Part shown: positions 62,052 through 64,000 of the stretch, one piece after another
Position numbering within the stretch: position 1 is the first letter of the stretch
How the letters are laid out: each line of letters begins with the position of its first letter
Assembly: GCF_018350175.1 (NCBI RefSeq)
Contig: NC_058368.1
Coordinates: forward strand, 95,172,001-95,236,000
Origin: Felis catus
Lineage: Eukaryota
Direction of reading: 5' to 3'
DNA length: 64,000 nucleotides
The notes under the pieces: model-generated
Seen by the model: the letters and a program-made list of their open reading frames with translations, nothing else
The model's database searches: none
Told to the model about the DNA's origin: nothing
Translations under genes and position numbers: made by a program

Positions 62052-62269
62052 GGGAGGCACCTGAGTGGTTCAGTCAGTTAAGTGTCCGACTTTGGCTCAG
62101 TTCATGATCTCATGGTTCATGGGTTCAAGCCCCGTGTCGGGTTCTGTGCTGACAGCTCGGAGCCTGGAGTCTGCTTCGGATTCTGTGTCTCCCTCTTTCT
62201 GCCCTTCCCCTGCTCACACTCTGTCTCTCTGTCAAAAATAAATAAACATTAAAAAAAAAAAAAAAAAAA
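62052..62269 (+). mobile_element. Can-SINE with TSD
   Basis: TSD AAGAATATTCCATCC at 62037 and 62268. Confidence 0.96.
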
Positions 62270-62282
62270 GAATATTCCATCC

Positions 62283-62391
62283 GGGCACCTGGCTGGCTCA
62301 GTAGTAGAGCACGTGACTCTTGATCTCAGAGTTGTGAGTTTGAGCCCTACGCTGGGTGTAGAGATAACTTTAAAAAAAAAAAAAAAAAAAA
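62283..62391 (+). mobile_element. Short older Can-SINE lacking the CT tract
   Basis: GGGCACCTGGCTGGCTCAGTAGTAGAGCACGTGACTCTTGATCTC...GTGTAGAGAT, A-tail. Confidence 0.92.
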
Positions 62392-62569
62392 GACTTCCAT
62401 CAAACAACCCGGTAAAAGAAAAAGCAGGTTCAACTAGCATTTCATTGTTACCTTGACATCTTTATGTAGCAATTGTGTCACTGGTTACCTATCTCGGCAG
62501 TTTAAACACCTGTGCAAGTTTGCTAAATCTTTTTCCTAGTTGCTCTTCAGAGACAGGCTTGTAGGAATT

Positions 62570-62601
62570 TGTGTGTTGCGTGTGTGTGTGTGTGTGTGTG
62601 T
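62570..62601. repeat. (GT)n microsatellite
   Basis: Directly visible. Confidence 0.92.
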
Positions 62602-63089
62602 TCCCTCCTCTGTTTGTTTCTCTTCTGCAGTCTTTTGTGTTTGTACATAGACTAGTAGATGTGTCTTCTGAGATTCTTAAATTCTTCCATTAGCACATTT
62701 CATCCATTCTCTGGCCTCTGTTGACAAGTTAGGAAAGGCACAATGTAAGCAGCAGAGCTATTTCTTGTTCTATAAATAGAGACCATTAATAAGTTTAATT
62801 TGGGGCAAAAATAAAGAGGAAAAACTGTACAAAAGAAAATAGCTTTTCCTGGTAGTTGAGTATCACATATGTGATTAGATGTTCTTTTCAAATATCAAAC
62901 AATGGACATCAGCTATCTAGACACCCATTTTGGATTTTTTTGTTTTAAGAAAACAGTTGTGCTCTATGATTCTATTTCTTGTGCTTTTCCATTAGTGACT
63001 CATCTTATTCCTTATGTGCTTGGTATGATGAATACAGTTCTACACCTTACATTTCTAAACACTCATTTGTATCGTGCGGTACTTTCTAT

Positions 63090-63245
63090 GTTTCAAAGCC
63101 TTTTCATCCCAATCCTCTGCCTTGCTTGAACTTTTCTGTGACATCGGCAAGCCAGCTGCTGCTTTCCAAATCAGGAAACTGAGGCTTGGAGAAAATAAGT
63201 GACTTGCTCAGCAGCCTAGCTCGGTCGGAGACCCTGGCGTTCTAC
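63090..63245 (-). mobile_element. MIR fragment
   Basis: AGGAAACTGAGGCTTGGAGAAAATAAGTGACTTGCTCA core. Confidence 0.75.
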
Positions 63246-63464
63246 CTCCTGATGTTTTTGGCTTTTTATTACGCCAGTCTCACGGCATGTTTGCTTCCAT
63301 TTGAAGCCTTACCACAATTTTTGAAAATCAGACTTCAATTTCAGTATGACGTTGGCAGGATGATCTTAAAATTTCATTTCTTTATACACATTGAAGAATT
63401 GAAGATTGTACTTTCTTTAATTTCACTCTCAATATCGTATGCAATAATTTGTTTGAAAGTATGT

Positions 63465-63590
63465 GTTGGCAATGGATGTTAACTAGACTGACCGTGGAGA
63501 TTATTTTGCAGTACAAAGATTGAATCATTATGTTGTCCACCTGAGACTAATACTATGTTACATGTCAATTATATCTCAGTTAAAAAAATA
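63465..63590 (+). mobile_element. L1 3' terminus
   Basis: ATGTTAACTAGACT...GAATCATTATGTTGTCCACCTGAGACTAATA...GTCAATTATATCTCAGTTAAAAAAA. Confidence 0.82.
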
Positions 63591-63709
63591 CGTATTGTAT
63601 TTTCGATATTGAGTGAGGCATTGTTCTAGCTTCTGGATACAACAAGCAAAAAAGGACAGGATCTGGACTCTTTTGGAATCCACAATCCAAATGTAGAGAT
63701 TTTTTTCAG

Positions 63710-63942
63710 TTTTCTTTTTTTTTTTAAATTTTTTTTCAATGTTTTTTATTTATTTTTGGGACAGAGAGAGACAGAGCATGAACGGGGGAGGGGCAGAGAG
63801 AGAGGGAGACACAGAATCGGAAACAGGCTCCAGGCTCTGAGCCATCAGCCCAGAGCCTGACGCGGGGCTCGAACTCACAGACCGCGAGATGGTGACCTGG
63901 CTGAAGTTGGACGCTTAACCGACTGTGCCACCCAGGTGCCCC
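63710..63942 (-). mobile_element. Young SINEC_Fc-type SINE
   Basis: Same diagnostic body as the other young copies; TSD TTTTCAGTTTT. Confidence 0.98.
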
Positions 63943-64000
63943 TTTTCAGTTTTCAGTGTAGGGTGAATTACCAAATGTTAACCTTCTGACATTGGTTATA

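Overview
Mammalian non-coding DNA, almost certainly from a felid: about 41 tRNA-derived Can-SINEs are present, four of them near-identical young SINEC_Fc-type copies. The rest is old L2, MIR and L1 fragments, MaLR/ERVL/ERV1 solo LTRs, two DNA-transposon relics and many microsatellites. I recognise no intact protein-coding gene, RNA gene or prokaryote-type system. The ORF track is explained by repeats and chance; the only recognisable peptides are degenerate L1 ORF2 fragments (~48.7 kb and 54.0-55.1 kb). The window is best read as a large intron or gene desert. The most notable structures are: (1) a direct duplication at 49169-49728 bridged by 207 bp of scrambled, self-templated filler; (2) a candidate 24-nt frame-preserving microexon at 18165-18188 at the end of a repeat-free, enhancer-like block; (3) a head-to-head fused SINE pair with a perfect 31-bp stem at 9226-9309; (4) reuse of SINE target sites and kilobase-scale domains of SINE orientation. 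I found no evidence for a novel multi-gene system. Repeat family names come from recalled consensus features, not a database search, and boundaries of old repeats are approximate.
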